A stretch of DNA of 64,000 nucleotides from Phoronis australis (taxonomy: Eukaryota; Animalia; Phoronida): positions 1,291,788-1,355,787 of the forward strand of contig NMRA01000027.1 of assembly GCA_002633005.1 (NCBI GenBank). Direction: 5' to 3'. The position numbers and the translations under genes are program-made. Shown here one piece after another: positions 50,101 through 61,421 of this stretch (position 1 is its first letter; every line of letters begins with the position of its first letter). Below the pieces are notes generated by a model. The model was not told where the DNA came from. It saw only the letters and a program-made list of their open reading frames with translations, and searched no databases.

Positions 50101-53100
50101 GGAGTCGCTAGTCACGATGTCAATATTGAGACTTGATACAAAAAGATTTTGTACCCCAATAAATTGTAGGTTAAATAGGCAGTTTAAATGTTTATTGTTT
50201 CACAACAATTACAGCACATTGCAGACAAACATATGATCAAAATTACGTTTTATCTCCCCACCCATTTCACAGTTGTCGAAGCCGATTTCTAAATTTTATC
50301 CGTAAACTGTGTTTAGCGGTCTGTGTGTTTTTAGGTGGATGTGAGTCCGTGGCCGTGTTTTTCGGGTGAATGACTTGGTTGTGTGAGTCTGATACTGTGT
50401 AGTTTAGTCAGTGAATGGTATTTTGCAGTCCGTTAGCAATGTACCTCAGTTGAGGGCAAAAGAACTTACTTTTTCACAATAATCATGGTGTGTTTGATTC
50501 TCAGAGAGGTGGTGTGCATGCAGCTGTCGTTTTCCTAGCTATGCAGTGTGCTGTGTGGTATTTGTTGTATGTGTGACTGATTAGCTATGCAGTTTGCTGT
50601 GTGGTATTTGTTGTATGTGTGACTGATTAGCTATGCAGTTTGCTGTGTGGTTTTTGTTGTATGTGTGACTGATTAGCTATGCAGTTTGCTGTGTGGTATT
50701 TGTTGTATGTGTGACTGATTAGCTATGCAGTTTGCTGTGTGGTATATGTTGTATATGTGACTGATAATGTGCTGAAATACCAACATTTGACAGCTTGGTT
50801 GGAACTTCGGTTTTAATCTCGCATGAATATTTTTGCTTCTAACTTTTGAAACTTGAAGCAAAATGGAGAAGTTTAAAAAAAACTAACGGCAAATGCTTAC
50901 AAGCACTTAATCTGCGCTTTATTGCTTCGTTAAAGTGAAAAATTTACACGTACAATTTGCCTCTAAGCATGTATTAAATTTGAACTTCGGAGTAGGATAA
51001 CATTGGGTCATTGTTTTGAGCAAGCTTTGTAGGAATATTGAAAGTAGCTCAGAGGTTGGATGAAAACTGTTACATGAAACTTCCTAAAACTGCTCTTGAG
51101 CTGGTGATGTTATATCATATTTACAATCTACACACATTTTGTGCCAGTGTATATTGGCTTGAGATTGGTGTCGGCTGATGGTGGACCTGTTGTCATGCCG
51201 AGTAAGGTGTTCAATTACATTTTCAGGTCGAATCAAAGCTATACAGTTAGATTACACAGAGGCACACAAAAACCTTCTTCAGGCCATCAGGAAAGCACCA
51301 CAGCATTCTGCTGTAGGGTTTAAGCAAACTGTAAGTGGGCTCCTCTACTTCCTTCTGAAGTAGATAGCATTTTTGTTATTCTGATGATTTGTTTCAGGGA
51401 AAATTCCATTTTCTAAGACAAAAATAATACTCTTCATGAAACCATACTCCATATGAAAACTAGTTTTGTCTCATAGCTTATTCAAAAAATTCAGGGCTTG
51501 AAATTTTCCTCTTTTAAAATGATTTCCTCTTTTTGGTTTCGGATATCCTCTTATTTGATTTCCAGTTTCCTCTATTTTCGTCTCTGTCATCATTATTTTG
51601 ACTTTATTCGTGCAAAAATATTTATTTTTGTTAAATCTTGCAACACAAAATAAAGTATTTCTGTCATACCAGCATATCTATTTGTGGAACGATGCATCAC
51701 CTGGAAAATTTTTTGTCACTGGTTATTCCAAGCCCTGGAAATTCTACCTCTTATAAATCTCATGTAAATTGCCATTATAATTTGGAACAAAATTCTTGCC
51801 TTCCAAATCTATNTAAATCACAGGCAGATAAGGTTGATTGCCAAGTCATTCCACAGCATTCACAAAAAAAACATTTTCCAACGTGGTGAGAGATGAATGA
51901 GAATGTGATGAATCATGGTATTCTTTTTCTAAACTACGTTTAGCCTGGCTGGTAAAACGTTGAGGCGTTGAAAAACGCTTTCTTGGAGAAGATCCAAAAG
52001 GTGAAATTGGCGAAAGAGCGAGTTCAGACGATGCATTTCATTTTAAAGAAAGCAAGATGCGGAAGTCGCTAGTCACGATGTCAATATTGAGACTTGATAC
52101 AAAAAGATTTTGTACCCCAATAAATTGTAGGTTAAATAGGCAGTTTAAATGTTTATTGTTTCTAATTCACAACAATTACAGCACATTGCATATGATCAAA
52201 ATTACGTTTTATCTCCCACCCATTTCACAGTTGTCGAAGCCGATTTCTACATTTTATCCGTAAACTGTGTTTAGGTGTCTGTGTGTTGGGTTTTTAGGTG
52301 AATGTGAGTCCGTGGCCGTGTTTTTCGGGTGAATGACTTGGTTGTGTGAGTCTGATACTGTGTAGTTTAGTCAGTGAATGGTATTTTGCAGTCCGTTAGC
52401 AATGTACCTCGGTTGAGGGCAAAAGCACTTATTTTTTCACAATAATCATGGTGTGTTTGATTCTCAGAGAGGTGGTGTGCATGCAGCTGTCGTTTTCCTA
52501 GCTATGCAGTTTGCTGTGTGGTATTTGTTGTATATGTGACTGATAATGTGCTGAAATACCAACATTTGACAGCTTGGTTGGAACTTCGGTTTTAATCTCG
52601 CATGAATATTTTTGCTTCTAACTTTTGAAACTTGAAGCAAAATGGAGAAGTTTAAAAAAACTAACGGCAAATGCTTACAAGCACTTAATCTGCGCTTTAT
52701 TGCTTTGTTAAAGTGAAAAATTTACACGTACAATTTGCCTCTAAGCATGTATTAAATTTGAACTTCGGAGTAGGATAATATTGGGTCATTGTTTTGAGCA
52801 AGCTTTGTAGGAATATTGAAAGTAGCTCAGAGGTTGGATGAAAACTGTTACATGAAACTTCCTAAAACTGCTCTTGAGCTGGTGATGTTATAATATCATA
52901 TTTACAATCTACACACATTTTGTGCCAGTGTATATTGGCTTGAGATTGGTGTCGGCTGATGGTGGACCTGTTGTCATGCCGAGTAAGGTGTTCAATTACA
53001 TTTTCAGGTCGAATCAAAGCTATACAGTTAGATTACACAGAGGCACACAAAAACCTTCTTCAGGCCATCAGGAAAGCACCACAGCATTCTGCTGTAGGGT

Positions 53101-56100
53101 TTAAGCAAACTGTAAGTGGGCTCCTCTACTTCCTTCTGAAGTAGATAGCATTTTGTTATTCTGATGATTTGTTTCAGGGGAAATTCCATTTTCTAAGACA
53201 AAAATAATACTCTTCATGAAACCATACTCCATATGAAAACTAGTTTTGTCTCATAGCTTATTCAAAAAATTCAGGGCTTGAAATTTTCCTCTTTTAAAAT
53301 GATTTCCTCTTTTTGGTTTCGGATATCCTCTTATTTGATTTCCAGTTTCCTCTATTTTCGTCTCTGTCATCATTATTTTGACTTTATTCGTGCAAAAATA
53401 TTTATTTTTGTTAAATCTTGCAACACAAAATAAAGTATTTCTGTCATACCAGCATATCTATTTGTGGAACGATGCATCACCTGGAAAATTTTTTGTCACT
53501 GGTTATTCCAAGCCCTGGAAATTCTACCTCTTATAAATCTCATGTAAATTGCCATTATAATTTGGAACAAAATTCTTGCCTTCCAAATCTATTGTCAAAA
53601 AAATCATGAAGTGAAAATAATTTCCCTTTTATTTGTGAGACAAAATAGAAGATACAAGTTACATTATTTGTCACAGAAAACCGTATTTTTATGCAAATTT
53701 ATTTTTTAGTAATAGACATAGATTCGAACACATTGAGATTAGTAGCTTCACATTAATGACTGTCATTATTCACTCACAGGTTCAGAAGCTAGCCGTGGTC
53801 GTTGAGCTTCTGCTGGGTGATATTCCAGACAGAGCCCTCTTTAGGAATCCAGCGTACAGCAGAACCTTAGCACCGTATTTTCAACTCACTCAAGGTACTG
53901 TCGTCAACTCTGTTTGAATCATCAATCATAAGACTAGTCTCTCCAGCGGGTGCAAACAATTCTACAGAATGCCAGCCATGCCACATTGGGTTTAACACGC
54001 TTTGGTATTTGTTTTGTTCAGGTGTTGAAGGTGTACACTTGCAGTAGGATGTGCTACGTATAGAAAAAATGTTAATGGCTCTGTTAGACAAATTTTCAGA
54101 ACTGTTTCTCTGCACTCCAATTTCAGGTATCTGGTATCTGTGATGACAGTGTGGGGATTACTGTTATTACCTAGTATTAAGGCAACTGTTATTACCTAGT
54201 ATTAAGGCAACTGTTATTACCTAGTATTAAGGCAACTGTTATTACCTAGTATTAAGGCAACTGTTATTACCTAGTATTAAGGCATCATTTTAAGTCTAGG
54301 ATTTTGGATTGGTTAAATCTTAGTATCAGTTATAGTTTAGGCTCAGTTAATTCCTGTCCTCCCAAGACCATGGAAGTTTAGCAAAGTTATGTGTGCTTGA
54401 AGGGGATTGAGTTGTGACTTGAAGAAATGTGAATTAGGCATCTTGAGAGCACTTCAAGTCCTTGGGTGGTTACGCTTAAGTTAATATAATCATGAGATAG
54501 TCTTCCTAGGACAGAGTCCGTAGCAAAAGTAGAGAATTTGTAACTGTGCATGTATATTCCACAAACAAATGCTCAGGAATGCTTGATTTTGCAAAATCCT
54601 ATTATTTCCCTGTCTTCATGAACTCTGTTGGTCTTTTATCCAGCCGTCAGAACTGGTAATCTGGGCAAGTTCAATGAGGTCCTGGAGAACTTTGGCCAAA
54701 AGTTCATAGCCGAGAACACGTACAAGCTCATCATTCGACTAAGGCATAACGTGATTAAGACGGGCATCCGCATGATCAACGTATCGTACTCTCGCATTTC
54801 GCTAGTGGATGTGGCTCGGAAACTACAGTTGGACAGTCCCGAGGATGCAGAGTTCATCCTAGCCAAGGTCGGTACACTTGGGGATGTGGAACTTAGTTGG
54901 GGTTGGTGTGGATTTTGTTGGTGCCATTGATTTACCTTGATTAATGTAGCAAGTTGTCGCGATGGTCAATGTGGCATTGATTACGGTGGCCTATCTCATT
55001 ATCTCGGACCATTCCACACACGGCAACACCTAGTGATATTTCTCAAGTGATTTTGACCTGTTCAAATACAAAGTGCGATTCTTCTTATTTGCTCTCACCA
55101 GTCCACCACCTGAAGTACCTGGTGGCATTTCATGGTTTTTGACTAACTCATATGTACAAGCTAAGGCGAGACCATGTGAAAGGAACTGCTCTCACTGACA
55201 AGGAGACAGAAATAGTGCAGTCTCCTGATTAACTCTGCCCAAGTAAAAAAGGTTTGTGCAGTGTCCAACAAGAAAACGCCCAACTTGCACTTGGCGAGTT
55301 GGGTAAAATCTCACCTAGACATTTTGAATTTGATGTCGCCAATTTTTTTAGTACCACGGACGTCTGATAGCTGTCGCTTGCCATGCGCCTGATTGAGATG
55401 CCAAAACTGTCACGCTGTAGGTCCCGACCAATAAACAGCAAAGGGCAAAAAACGAGTCTGTACAGTGAAAAACTTGGGGATTTTTTTGATGTAGTATTAC
55501 TTATTCATAACTCTAAACGCTGCAGTTTTCATGGTCATTGTCATGGAAAGCAGACGAGGTAACCACAGACTCTCAAATCTCACTTTGCCGAAGTTCACAA
55601 CCTCTAGGTAGTTGCTCGCTTGCCTGTGTAGGAGGCGCTGTTTGAGAGTGTTATTTTTCGAACACGTGGATAAATGAGATCGACATATGGCGACAATAGT
55701 TGACCAGTGCTCAGCACTTTTCGGTTGTTTTTTGTTACTATTCTGTTAATGCGTGTTAGCCAGTAATGACCCGGCTGATGTGGTTTTGCTTTTGTGATAA
55801 CGGCATTGTCATAAATTGAGGTTGAGTTTGGCGAGTTGAGGACCGAAAAACTGAAACCTTATTTGGTAAGTAAGTCTGGAGCTCAGGTGGCTGGTACTGG
55901 CCAGATTAGAGCCTGTTTGTGTTGCAACCACCGCAGTTTGTGTTGTAGGCGATGTTGCTAATTGTGTGTTTGGTGTTTTAGCTTTCACCAAGCTTGAATC
56001 AACCTCCACTAACCATCTGTTGCTATCTTTGCAGGCTATCCGTGATGGTGTGATAGAGGCCACAATCGACCATGAACAAGGCTTTGTGCAGTCAAAGGAG

Positions 56101-58098
56101 AACATAGATGTGTACCGCACAAAGGAGCCTATGATGGCATTCCATCAGCGAATCGCCTTCTGTCTGGACATGCACAACCAGTCAGTCAAGGTGGGTCGTG
56201 GTTCCTGGCAGGATTTTGTGGAGGAAGATAGTGGATGGTTGACTGGCTTATGTGCTCTATGGTCAACCATGATGTTAATTGTCAATTGGAAAAACACCTA
56301 ATTCAGTCATTGATTTTATAGTGTTTCTCGAAAGGAGCTGTTAATATAGAGCTATTGCAATCTTTGTGGACAAAAGTGTTTTGTACCTGTCCATTACACG
56401 GGTGAGAAACAACATGACCGCCGGTCCTCTAAATCGGAGTGACTCACCCAAAACGGGACTTCCTCGGATTAAATGGGACTGCCACACCAGAAAATGGGAC
56501 TGATGCACCTAAAAGCATGACCGCCCCATCACAAAACAAGACCGCCGGCCTCTGTATGATACTGCGGGTTATTACGTAACCGGTCAGCTAGCTGTGTAAA
56601 GACTCTGGAAATAAAGCTTGGTAGCAATGCGTTATTGAGCTTTGTTTCATCCCCAAAATTTCCCACAGCCTGGGTACAGTTCTGCTTGTCACCTCGTCGT
56701 GAAACTTATATCAACATGTAGAGCTAGCGAGCGGAGCAGGCGCATGCAAAATCTAGGAGTCAATCAACACTCACCTTGCAGGTTGCAGCCGCTTGAGTGA
56801 AAAATGAACGTCATTTGTTTGTAACAAAAAAAGTTTGTCGCGCTCGTGACATGAGCACGCGCCATTTCCTAAAATTTTGCGACATATTTCGGAAGATGAT
56901 GACTCAACTTCGCAGCAGCACGATTTGTTCTGAAATTCGGTTTGCTGGTATTAAAATACTAAAAACTTATGACGAAATGAAACCAGTTCCGATGATTTGT
57001 TGTGCCATGTACGCAACCTTGTAGAAGAGAAGAAGAGCTGACTGAAGAATCGGTGAAAAAAGGAACTGGTCAATGTAAGCCGACCTAAAAGAACGCGTTT
57101 CAATTTTAGCAGCAGAATAATGACAGAACGACAATTTTTCCCGGCGAGCGCCGATAAAATAAATTAGTTTACTCAAGGAAGAGTGTCATTAATAACACTA
57201 TTTCGGTGAAGATTTTATATGCTCAGTGTTTTACCCACATCGGCGCCAAGCTGTATATTTAGTATACTGCTTTGCCGCACAAAGGCTTCACCCGAGAACC
57301 AGAACGCCCGTTTTTTTTTGTTTTTTTTCTTGACTAAATCGTCAAATTGGAGAAAAAGATTTTCATTTTGTTCTAAAACTTGCGCAGTGGATAAAGTTAT
57401 AATTATTTAGCTCTAAAGCGTGCAACGTGGTTGGGTTTGTGGTTAAAACTCAAAAGCACCGCGTGTTAAAAAGCGAAGTGTCCTGTAGCGCACAAAAGAT
57501 TACGTTGGCTTAATTGGCACAAGACCTGCATGTGCATACGTATATAGCTTCATTGTATGATCTGTGTAGGCCTACCGGTAATAAATCTTAGCTTGCTTAT
57601 CATTGCGGTTTCAATCCCCGGCGGTCATGTTCAGTCCTCGGCGGTCCTGTTTTCTGGTGGGGCGGTCATGTTTTTAGGTGCGTCAGTCCTATTTTCTGGT
57701 GCGGCGGTCCCATTTGATCCCCGGAGGTCCTGTTTTGGGTGAGTCGGTCCGATTTAAGAGGACCGGCGGTCATGTTGTTTCGCACCCGTGCATTAGTTCA
57801 TGAGAACTTCTGTCTTGTGAACCATATGTGCTGGGCATAGAGTATTTTCAGTGTTATTGCAGACTACTCAGAACAGGGTTCTGGACTTTGAGGAAAGTAG
57901 AACAAAATTAGTTTAAATTGGATTGGGTGATTTTTGGAACACCCCTTATATTTTCTTTTGTTTTCACAGGCTATGAGGTTCCCTCCAAAGTCGTACAATA
58001 AAGAGTTAGAATCTGCTGAAGACAGGAGGGAACGAGAACAGCAGGAGCTAGAAAGTGCAAAGGAAATTGCAGACGAGGACTTTGATGGCTTCCCATAG
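44078..58098 (+). CDS. PSMD3: 26S proteasome non-ATPase regulatory subunit 3 (Rpn3), 10 coding exons, ~501 aa (gene span)
   Basis: Exons 44078-44192, 47154-47344, 48205-48348, 48612-48748, 49091-49281, 51227-51330 (or duplicate 53008-53111), 53780-53894, 54644-54867, 56035-56190, 57970-58098; total 1506 nt, GT-AG. Diagnostic motifs [47 protein letters not shown]. Confidence 0.96.
44378..45205. mobile_element. Tc1/pogo-like MITE in PSMD3 intron 1
   Basis: Inverted ends ACCTAATTATCGGA (44386) / TCCGATAATTAGGT (45183-45196) and subterminal copies of the TCGGACA motif; exact termini uncertain. Confidence 0.5.
47048..47192 (+). repeat. 69-bp tandem duplication spanning the PSMD3 intron 1/exon 2 boundary
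   Basis: GCTGTTGTTATCTGGGTCACACTCAATTTCATTTCAG|ATCTCAAGGAGCATGTCCACTACATAGAGAAG occurs twice. Confidence 0.95.
47154..47344 (+). CDS. PSMD3: PSMD3 exon 2 (alternative in-frame start possible at 47085)
   Basis: [28 protein letters not shown]...SLLSFLPE. Confidence 0.9.
48205..48348 (+). CDS. PSMD3: PSMD3 exon 3
   Basis: [48 protein letters not shown]. Confidence 0.9.
48612..48748 (+). CDS. PSMD3: PSMD3 exon 4
   Basis: ...[22 protein letters not shown]... Confidence 0.93.
49091..49281 (+). CDS. PSMD3: PSMD3 exon 5
   Basis: [30 protein letters not shown]...ARFLYYM. Confidence 0.95.
50536..50765. repeat. 46-bp minisatellite, 5 copies (single copy in the duplicate block at ~52499)
   Basis: Unit TAGCTATGCAGTTTGCTGTGTGGTATTTGTTGTATGTGTGACTGAT. 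Confidence 0.93.
51227..51330 (+). CDS. PSMD3: PSMD3 exon 6, copy 1
   Basis: [35 protein letters not shown]; 104 nt. Confidence 0.85.
53008..53111 (+). CDS. PSMD3: PSMD3 exon 6, identical copy 2
   Basis: Same sequence and splice sites as copy 1; lies inside the tandem duplicated block. Confidence 0.8.
53780..53894 (+). CDS. PSMD3: PSMD3 exon 7
   Basis: [24 protein letters not shown]...PYFQLTQ. Confidence 0.94.
54160..54284. repeat. 25-bp perfect minisatellite, 5 copies
   Basis: ACTGTTATTACCTAGTATTAAGGCA x5. Confidence 0.97.
54644..54867 (+). CDS. PSMD3: PSMD3 exon 8 (PCI domain)
   Basis: [10 protein letters not shown]...[26 protein letters not shown]...DAEFILAK. Confidence 0.96.
56035..56190 (+). 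CDS. PSMD3: PSMD3 exon 9
   Basis: [22 protein letters not shown]...[18 protein letters not shown]. Confidence 0.96.
56397..57790. mobile_element. Non-autonomous Transib-like element (CAC...GTG ends, 5-bp TSD CATTA) in the last PSMD3 intron
   Basis: ~150-bp imperfect TIRs CACGGGTGAGAAACAACATGACCGCCGGTCCTCT / AGAGGACCGGCGGTCATGTTGTTTCGCACCCGTG; CATTA at 56392-56396 and 57791-57795. Confidence 0.8.
57970..58098 (+). CDS. PSMD3: PSMD3 terminal exon
   Basis: [42 protein letters not shown]. Confidence 0.96.
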   Translation, partial: AMRFPPKSYNKELESAEDRREREQQELESAKEIADEDFDGFP

Positions 58099-58612
58099 AT
58101 ATCACTCATGCACGACGAGTGATGTGACGTAAAATTGCACTGGTTCGAAGGAAATAGGATAATTTATTACCTAGGCATGTTTGTGTTTTTGCTGGTTGGA
58201 AATGAGAGCGAAGGAAGGCATGGTTCCTTGCAAGGATTGGCGGCGCGTTAGTATCTGTCTTTGTGTCTGTGGTAATTCATAAATGGTGTAAGTGTATACT
58301 GCACAATCTGACAGTTTCTGTATATACCTCAGGCGTCGGGGAGTTTGAGTTTACCTTGTGACAGTGCAGAGTTTGTGGTCATTAGTTAACATGTCTGGTA
58401 AGTCATGCTTGAAGTTGCAGCCGCTGAATGTGCTATGCTGGTCACAGACTCTGGAGATGTTGGGGAAATTCTCATAAATGTTACAGATTGCCAGAGCCTC
58501 ACCTGATGCAAGTTACTCTGAAATGTAAAAAAATTACCTCTGTATTCATGTGCTGCAGATTGTACAGCAAGGTATTCCTTAAATTTTATATCGTTGTTTC
58601 ACTTGGTATATA

Positions 58613-58618
58613 AATAAA
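58613..58618 (+). terminator. Candidate polyadenylation signal of PSMD3
   Basis: AATAAA about 515 nt after the stop, followed by a GT/T-rich tract (gttgttttgt). Confidence 0.45.
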
Positions 58619-60981
58619 ATTCATAATTGCCAGTTGTTTTGTCACATGCTAGTGTTAATGCACTAAGAGACAAAAGTAATCAAAGCACTGTTGCCGTGGT
58701 AACAGTTAATAACAAAATTTACTGGTGGTAACTGTGAAGGCAGCAAAGTTCTAATAACAGAATGTCTGCGGTATTACTACCTTCCTAGTTAAATCCTCTT
58801 CATTCTCGGTAGTCAGGGGCGACTACTTTGATGATGAATTCGGCTTCTGCCCAGCCATCTTGACAGTGAATTACTGGTCATTTTGTCTGAATACATTTGG
58901 GGTGTATTATATGTTGACACTTCGTTCTTGTTCATAAGTTACCAGCTACTGAGGAAGCATTCTATTCATGACAGTGGAGGAGGGGATACAAACCGGGGTT
59001 AATGTTTTCCCATGGCCTTGTAAGTTGTCATCCCTTAAGGGATACTAATCTGTCAAGCGATACCTGTTTTAGGACCAAAAAACGTGTTTTTGGATTAATG
59101 CTTGATGGATGTAATTCACAAAGCTTTGATCAGAGCTATGTAACAACAAAATGTGTTTGAAATTTTAATACAAATCACCTATTCTCGGAGTTGTCTGTCA
59201 GGCAAGCTGAAATCAAAGCTGATGATTTAGGGAGTTAAATAGGCCAAGGTTTGACAAGTCTATGTATTCACCAAATATCTGTAAAACTATAAATTTCAAC
59301 TTGGCAGAAGTATCTATTTTCTGAAAGTAGAAAGCTTGTGGAATTTGACATTTAATCGAGTTGACATTATTTAGGTCCTGTGACAATTATTTTTTCAGAA
59401 AAATTAGCAAAAAGCCAAGTATATTCATAGCAAAAGGTATCATTAACGTGATCAAATTTCATTTGAAATAAACGTTCAAGAAATCACAAAAATCTTGTTG
59501 CAGTTTTCTGGAATATTTGGTTATTGTTCTATGCATGAAAATCGTAACAATCCTGTTTTTGAGAACCCATGGTGCAATAGTGGAACGTGTTGAAAATTTC
59601 TAATGGCGTTTTGTTGGACAGTATCCAAAGGTTTCATATTAATTGGACCAGCTGTTTGAGATATGGTATTCCAAAGTTGTCTAAATTTGAACATTTTCGA
59701 AGGATTCTGCACTATGTCTGCCGTTTATAGAGAGAGAGTTTTAGCTTTATCAGTACCGTGTTGAACTGCAGTAATTGCAGGTTCAAATTTGCACCAACTC
59801 ATTTCTGAAAAAACTTCTCTCTAGGATTGTGCCCTTTAAGAATAATTGAATTCAGTTAGTTTGTAAGAGGTGTGTTGTTGGTTAATGACTATCAGGAAAA
59901 TGTCAAAATTTGACCGCAAACACATTCTGCTGGAATTTCCACTTGTGCCTCTAACGCATCATTTCTTGTTGAAGTCATTAGAGTGAGGACAGTTCTTAAG
60001 AAAATAAACACGGGCGTGCATGTGTTCAAATATCTGGTCCAAACGAGACTAATATTTCTCTGTACCATTATTGTATTGTTTTAGATTCTATTTTCGCCGG
60101 ATGACTTTCAAATGGGTACTTTCTTGTGAGTGAAATGCTTATTTTAATTGATTTTGTAAAGACTTATTAAAGTATGACGACCAGCACCTGAAGACATTCA
60201 CACCAGCAGAGATGCAAATGTTGGTCTAAAGAACCACTTAGTGGATCGATTCTTAGATGGGAAGGAACAGAAAGTGTGTCCAGCAGTTTCAAATGCTTGA
60301 TCAACAAGCAGAAAATGAACTGTGATGATGATCTTTTTCTTATGGAAGACTTTCTTACAACACAAAACATCAGTGACAGCGAAGACACTTGCACTACGTT
60401 GCAGAATGAAGCCTGTTTCTCTAGATGCCCCAAAAATCTATCGCACTGAGAAACAAAAGTTCGTACATTCTGCTATCAGAATTAGTATCACTTGTGAACA
60501 AAAAATAGGCCGTTGCGGATACCTTCTCAAGGAAAAAACAAAATAAAATGTAACCGGTACGTTTTTCATAGAGTATTTTTAACTTTGTGATTATATAATA
60601 TCTGGATTCTTCTTTAAGAAGTTTGACATCTCTTAGAAAGAATTAATGTTGAACAAGTTAATAAACAATAATATTCGATTTCAGTGTTTGATTGGCAACA
60701 GTTCTCATAAAAAATTAACGCAGTCTTGAAATCCTGGGCAATTGGTCCAACTGCTGACCTTTAAAGTCCTTGTTGCAAACTGCCCATGTGGTTCCAGTAT
60801 CCGAAAATACTTACTACATAAATTCTTATTTTCGACACCCTTTCTTTATATTCTTTTCGCCTTTCTTGCCAAAAGCGATTTTGTAACAGTATTTGACCCT
60901 TCTCTCTGAGCGTATGATTACCGGTTGCCATCGGTTATTTCCGTACCCACATTTCCGGCTCATCAGTTCAGGAACTTGTCC

Positions 60982-61421
60982 NNNNNNNNNNNNNNNNNNN
61001 NNNNNNNNNNNNNNNNNNNNNNNNNNNNNNNNNNNNNNNNNNNNNNNNNNNNNNNNNNNNNNNNNNNNNNNNNNNNNNNNNNNNNNNNNNNNNNNNNNNN
61101 NNNNNNNNNNNNNNNNNNNNNNNNNNNNNNNNNNNNNNNNNNNNNNNNNNNNNNNNNNNNNNNNNNNNNNNNNNNNNNNNNNNNNNNNNNNNNNNNNNNN
61201 NNNNNNNNNNNNNNNNNNNNNNNNNNNNNNNNNNNNNNNNNNNNNNNNNNNNNNNNNNNNNNNNNNNNNNNNNNNNNNNNNNNNNNNNNNNNNNNNNNNN
61301 NNNNNNNNNNNNNNNNNNNNNNNNNNNNNNNNNNNNNNNNNNNNNNNNNNNNNNNNNNNNNNNNNNNNNNNNNNNNNNNNNNNNNNNNNNNNNNNNNNNN
61401 NNNNNNNNNNNNNNNNNNNNN
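60982..61421. other. Assembly gap
   Basis: Run of N. Confidence 1.

Larger units (their letters stand above)
49855..53592 (+). repeat. Tandem duplication (49855-51812 and 51814-53592) joined by a single N
   Basis: Near-identical blocks with scattered SNPs/indels; each contains PSMD3 exon 6. Confidence 0.95.

Noticed and set aside
59039-59835. Third TTAA-flanked Kolobok-like element
   Set aside because: The end similarity (GGGATACTAATC vs AGGGCACAATCC) is too short and imperfect to support a call.
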